A stretch of 64,000 nt of DNA from Leptogorgia sarmentosa (lineage: Eukaryota): the NCBI GenBank assembly GCA_964658305.1, contig OZ210884.1, positions 186,001-250,000 on the forward strand, given 5' to 3'. The notes under the pieces were generated by a model. That model saw nothing but the letters and a program-made list of their open reading frames with translations, had not been told where the DNA came from and did no database searches. Made by a program: the position numbers and the translations under genes. Below are positions 59,658-64,000 of the stretch, piece after piece (position 1 is the first letter of the stretch; every line of letters begins with the position of its first letter).

Positions 59658-60700
59658 CAGTGGCGGCGCCAGGATGGGGCAAGGGGGGGGCAAATGCCCC
59701 CCCCAAATTATTTTCTGCCCCCCCCATTTTGCCCCACTAAATTATTAGTCACTGAGAGCGACTAAAGGCTACACAAGCCTGCATCCATGCGACCAAGTGG
59801 GATCTAAATTTGCGGAATTTTTAAATCCTTTAAACTTAGCATTTTCGGAACTCTGTAAAGCTGTCAAAATTGCTATGACACTTCCGGTTAGTACTGCGGG
59901 ATGCAGAATAATATTTTGGGCTCACTTTGCTCGGGAAGTACTGGGTCGAGAATATTATATGGCAATCCTGACTCTAAATAGAAAATATTTTCTTTTCTTT
60001 TTGTTTTTCTAATCCAGGCCCAAACAGTAATTCTGCCCTAACAACAAAATGCTGAGAAAAAAAGCTTGAAAATAAACAAACAAAAAGACAAAAAAAGCAA
60101 AATAACAAAAAGCCAATATGCGAGATTCAAACCTGCAGGGTCGCTGATGGCGAGTCGGGACCGTATCCTATGAGCTAACGAACTCCACAAAATCGCTGTA
60201 AAAACCTTTAATATCAATAGATTTTGCAATACAACATATAAAGTACGCGCGGTTACCAAACATCCCAAAGAAAGTGAGTCCAAAATAATTTTCTGCCTGC
60301 GGGATGTGAAAGAACATTTAGCAAATTAAAAATAATCAAAAACCATTTAAGAACCAGAATGTCCAACTCTAGGTTAAAATTCTTAACAGTAATCAGCATT
60401 TACAGAAAAAGAGCACTAAGTATTGATTTGGAGAAGGAGTTGTGGATAGGTTTATTCAAAAGTTTCTGAGGTGCCGAATGATACACTAATTGTCTAAATG
60501 GCATTAAAATTTCTTATACACTATATCTGTTAAAATAATAGAAATTATGCAAAAAAGAACGATTATTTTGGGTCATCATACATATTTAATAACGGCATGG
60601 GCAAATAACAGTACTTTAAAAATTCTATTTTGCCCCCCCCCCAAATATGACTTTGCCCCTCAAATGCCCCCCCAAATTCTGAGGCCTGGGGCCGCCACTG
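59658..60700 (+). mobile_element. hAT deletion derivative inserted in the gag
   Basis: TIR cagtggcggc; 8-bp TSD gccttgat; dimerisation-domain remnant TLPVSTAGCERTFSKLKIIKNHLR. Confidence 0.88.
59903..60296. mobile_element. MITE with 9-bp TSD nested in the hAT remnant
   Basis: Ends gcagaa..ttctgc; perfect TSD ctgcgggat. Confidence 0.82.
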
Positions 60701-61499
60701 GCCTTGATCACTGAATTCTCAAGTGTCAATATGATGGCATCTTCCGACAGGTTATTTGTCGACATATTCTTAGGTAATAGCTTAGACAAATCAAAAAACT
60801 CACCCGCTTGGATTCGTTTGATGTATGGCGCCGGAACCTCGTGGAATCCATTGCCGTAGGGCACGGTGGTTAGGACAGGATTAGGGCCGCTGGGCTGCGT
60901 GTGACGCTCGTTGCTGAAGGTAAACTGGAGTTAGTCGTACTAACCGCGGTCTCGACTATGTCAACTGGGCTTCGGTTCTCGTGGCTTTGCTGGGGCGTTG
61001 AAGACATGGCTTCGACAGCAGCCCGGGCTGCATTAGTTGCTATCACGGTCACCGATTGCTCTATACTTTGCGTCACGATAGACTGTATTTGCGCCAAATG
61101 TTCCCCAGAGAAAGGCGGCAGTGACTGGTCATCAGATTGGGATGAAGTCGACGTAGACGGGATATTTTCGGCAGCTACAGTTGTGTTCACACTTGCGGCG
61201 TGTCGTTGAAGCCGGGAAATTAGAACGTTTCGCCGTCCGGAGCTTGCCAATCCTTTTTCAGCACATTGACGACGTAGGCTGTCCGTGTTCCCATCGACTA
61301 GGTTTGTGTTGGAGGAGCTTTCCCTGGTTGAATGTCCTTTAGCGTTTCTGCGGCGGACGGGAGGCATTCCAGTGAATAATTTGCGTTGAAAAATCGCGAT
61401 ATATGAATAATTCACAATTTTTAAAATCGTTTTCAGCTCTCGCAATTGTTCTCTGTTGAGTGCTTGGAATAAAGATATAGCTAACGGGCATCCCTTATC

Positions 61500-61575
61500 C
61501 ATTTATCTCTAAATTGTGCGATTCTCATTGGTCAATTAGATCTTGACGTCGTTAGTCTGTATTCTCATTGGTTGC
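61500..61575 (-). promoter_or_regulatory. Putative promoter upstream of the gag
   Basis: Two CCAAT boxes (ctcattgg twice on +), TGACGTC, ATAAAT. Confidence 0.35.
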
Positions 61576-62104
61576 CTTAGGTAGTATCTAGCATGGTGCA
61601 CACGTGCTTGCATCGTGCTATGTGTGTGTTTAATAATGCCTCAGATCAAAGTATCATGACCTTTGATCGCTGCGTGAGATTTTTTTGGATATCGTACCAA
61701 AGTCCAGCCTTGCTCCATTAACTTTAATTTATAATCGATATTAGTAGAATCATACTCGTATTCTATTGCAAATGCTGCAATTTGATTGGCTACTCTACTC
61801 GATATCTATTCCTCGATAGATACCGAGTAGCAAAATATGTGAATTTTCGTTCAAGAAAATGTCTTCTGAGACGTGTTTTTAAATTATTTTTTGCAATATT
61901 TTCATGTTTGATCTCTGATTCTACTCATAGAAATCACGAGCTCGTAATCTAATGATTAATTATAAATTGGCTAAAAAATGTAAGGAGTTTAAGGACGACC
62001 TTCCAGAATTCCAGTCACCCAGTCACACGTACACTTTCCAGTTCTTCGTCGTAACGATATTTGTTCTCATCCAAACGTAGATTGAGAGGAAAGAGAGAAG
62101 ACTG

Positions 62105-62177
62105 CGACCCCACCAGGATTCGAACCTGGAATCTTCTCATCCGAAGTGAGACGCCTTATCCGTTAGGCCATGAGGCC
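62105..62177 (-). tRNA. tRNA-Arg(TCG)
   Basis: Loop CTTCGGA, GGTTCGAATCC. Confidence 0.8.
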
Positions 62178-62267
62178 ACCTGATACCATCGCCCTCTAAA
62201 ATCAAGAAATTTTACTTCTTGTAACTATCCAATCAACTCCCGGTTGAAAATTATCACAGATAAAAAA

Positions 62268-62326
62268 CGACCCCGCCAGGATTCGAACCTGGAATCTTCT
62301 GATCCGTAGTCAGACACCTTATCCAT
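62268..62326 (-). pseudogene. tRNA-Arg(ACG), 5'-truncated
   Basis: Loop CTACGGA. Confidence 0.65.
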
Positions 62327-62446
62327 ATACCCAATGGGAAGAAGTGAATTAGTTGACTGGATTAAAACAATAGCCGGTTTCCAAAATTATATTTCAAAAT
62401 TGTTACAAATAAATTCAAAAATTGTTACAATTCCGGGCAACATCGT

Positions 62447-62529
62447 TTTAGCGTTTGCCAAGTGGTTCAGAAGGCTGGTTTAAGGCACCAGTTATTTTGA
62501 TGGCGTGGGTTCGAATCACACCACTGCCC
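62447..62529 (+). pseudogene. tRNA-Leu(AAG), degenerate
   Basis: ctggtttaaggcaccag. Confidence 0.6.
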
Positions 62530-62689
62530 AAAAAACAAATTGTGTACCCAATCAGAAAACTCAGATGAACGTAGTACATAAATACCTTATTTTTATTATA
62601 CCTAATGGGAAGAAGTGAATTAGTTGGCTGGATTAGAAAAATAGTTTCCAAAATTGGTCTTTGTGTTCAGGATCGACATTACACATCAA

Positions 62690-62761
62690 AGGTCCTGCCG
62701 AGTCTTGAACTCGGATTCTTGCATTCAGAGTCCAAAGTGCTAACCATTACACCACAGAACC
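62690..62761 (-). tRNA. tRNA-Gln(CTG), possibly degenerate
   Basis: Loop CTCTGAA. Confidence 0.65.
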
Positions 62762-62890
62762 AGTTATCATTTACTATACAAATAAATAGATTAACAAAAA
62801 ACTGTCTTGGTTGTTCGCAAGATGCAAACTTCATTTCCCAAGTTCTGTCACCGCGAGATTTTGAAGATTACAGTCAAGAGAAAACGTATA

Positions 62891-62991
62891 GTCAGATTGG
62901 CCGAGCGGTCGAAGGCGCCGGACTTAAGAACAACTACGCTTAAGGTTACTGGTCCGCATTTGTGGCGTGGGTTCGAATCCCACACCTGACA
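62891..62991 (+). tRNA. tRNA-Leu(TAA) with ~18-nt intron
   Basis: ccggaCTTAAG[aacaactacgcttaaggt]..; GGTTCGAATCCC. Confidence 0.7.
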
Positions 62992-63079
62992 AGAATGTGC
63001 TGGACGATTTTTTACTTTCTCCTACATCATACCATCTCGAAAAGAATACAAATATACAAAAGAAGAGGGAATAAACACA

Positions 63080-63151
63080 GCGTTGATGGTGTAATGGCTA
63101 GCATTGTTGCCTTACAAGCAATAGATCCGGGTTCGACTCCCGGTCAACGCA
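63080..63151 (+). tRNA. tRNA-Gly(TCC)-type body with TAC (Val) anticodon
   Basis: GCGTTGA/TCAACGC acceptor; loop CTTACAA. Confidence 0.7.
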
Positions 63152-63234
63152 GAAGAATTAGCTTATTGTATATCTGACTTCATCGATAACAATAACAAAC
63201 CTTAGATTTTTTTACAATTCCAGGCAACATCCTT

Positions 63235-63317
63235 TGTAGCGTTTGCCGAGTGGTTTAAGAGCCTGCTTTCAGGCGCAAGTCGTTTCGATGACGTGGGTTG
63301 CAACCCCACTACTGCCA
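63235..63317 (+). pseudogene. tRNA-Leu(CAG), degenerate
   Basis: ttcagg loop; damaged arms. Confidence 0.55.
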
Positions 63318-63412
63318 TTTAATTTTCTTGGGAAAAATTATTACTGGTAACTACAGGACAATTTCCTAGGTCGGACGACTTTTTCTGCATTGCCAAGGAG
63401 AGGAATGACAGC

Positions 63413-63494
63413 GGTAGTGTGGCCGAGTGGTCCAAGGCGCTGCTTTCAGGTACCAGACATTTCGATGGGGCGGGTTCGCCTGCCACCACTGCCA
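63413..63494 (+). pseudogene. tRNA-Leu(CAG), degenerate
   Basis: ggtagtgtggccgagtggtccaagg; damaged T arm. Confidence 0.6.
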
Positions 63495-63501
63495 AAAAAA
63501 A

Positions 63502-63558
63502 TTCGAACTGGAATCTTCTGATCCGTAACAGACAGCTTATCCATTGGGCCATGGGGCC
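63502..63558 (-). pseudogene. tRNA-Arg(ACG) fragment
   Basis: Similar to the 62268 copy; 3' end missing. Confidence 0.5.
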
Positions 63559-63620
63559 AAAATTTATTTCCTGCGCCAATGACAAGCCACACTAATCGAA
63601 TTCTTATCGAAACAATGTCG

Positions 63621-63693
63621 TGGCCGGTGTGAGGATCGGACTCACGACCTTAGCGTTATTAGCACCACGCTCTGCCTACTGTGCCAACGGGCC
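63621..63693 (-). tRNA. tRNA-Ile(AAT), possibly degenerate
   Basis: Loop CTAATAA; T-loop GTCCGA. Confidence 0.62.
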
Positions 63694-63928
63694 AGTGGTG
63701 ACACTTCGCCCATCTCCATTAAAGTCCATTATACTTGGCAAGGATTGAAATTTTTATCGAACTTTCACATCTTTCAAAAATGTCCGCACGAAGGAGGTTA
63801 TTGAAGATAAAAAATATAAGGAGTTTAAGGACGATCTTCCAGAATTCCAGTCACACACTTTCCTGTACTTCGTTTTAACGATATTTATTCTCATCCAAAC
63901 GTAGTTTGAGAGAAAAGATAGAAGACTG

Positions 63929-64000
63929 CGGCCCTACCAGGATTCGAACCTGCAATCTTCTCATCCCAATTGAGACGCCTTATCCGTTAGGCCATGAGGC
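63929..64000 (-). pseudogene. tRNA-Arg(TCG) paralogue, anticodon mutated to TGG, at window edge
   Basis: 63817-64000 duplicates 61980-62177. Confidence 0.6.

Larger units (their letters stand above)
59070..61600 (-). mobile_element. DIRS/Ngaro-type retrotransposon 5' part (gag), interrupted and truncated
   Basis: SAP-like motif, IQAGEFFDLSKLLP, WCIYDHKFR, CCCH-type finger, overlapping ORF starting LPTPV. Confidence 0.7.

Overview
AT-rich eukaryotic genomic DNA; the gene and repeat families suggest an anthozoan cnidarian (inference). 1-7 kb holds the 3' part of a CR1/L2-like LINE, a 141-bp satellite and a ~1.9-kb direct duplication. 7.0-24.55 kb is a near-identical tandem duplication (8660-bp offset). 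Each copy carries an NLR gene whose N-terminus is a connexin-like multi-pass membrane domain (connexin-like + NACHT + LRR). Both genes share a +1 frameshift before the LRRs and have an in-frame 219-bp repeat in 2 vs 3 copies. Each gene lies next to an AcademH-like DNA transposon (RecQ-type helicase plus a divergent GDQxT transposase); the second element (20350-28357) looks complete, with both TIRs and a 5-exon, 881-aa transposase. 28.5-44 kb, 48.4 kb, 57.4-57.7 kb and 62-64 kb contain about 50 tRNA genes and pseudogenes in direct and inverted blocks, including intron-like and anticodon-switched variants. The rest is a decayed LINE, nested hAT, Harbinger and 9-bp-TSD MITEs, a CCCTAA-rich 68-bp satellite with a 672-bp higher-order repeat, and an interrupted DIRS/Ngaro-type gag. 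All family assignments come from reading motifs by eye, not database searches.
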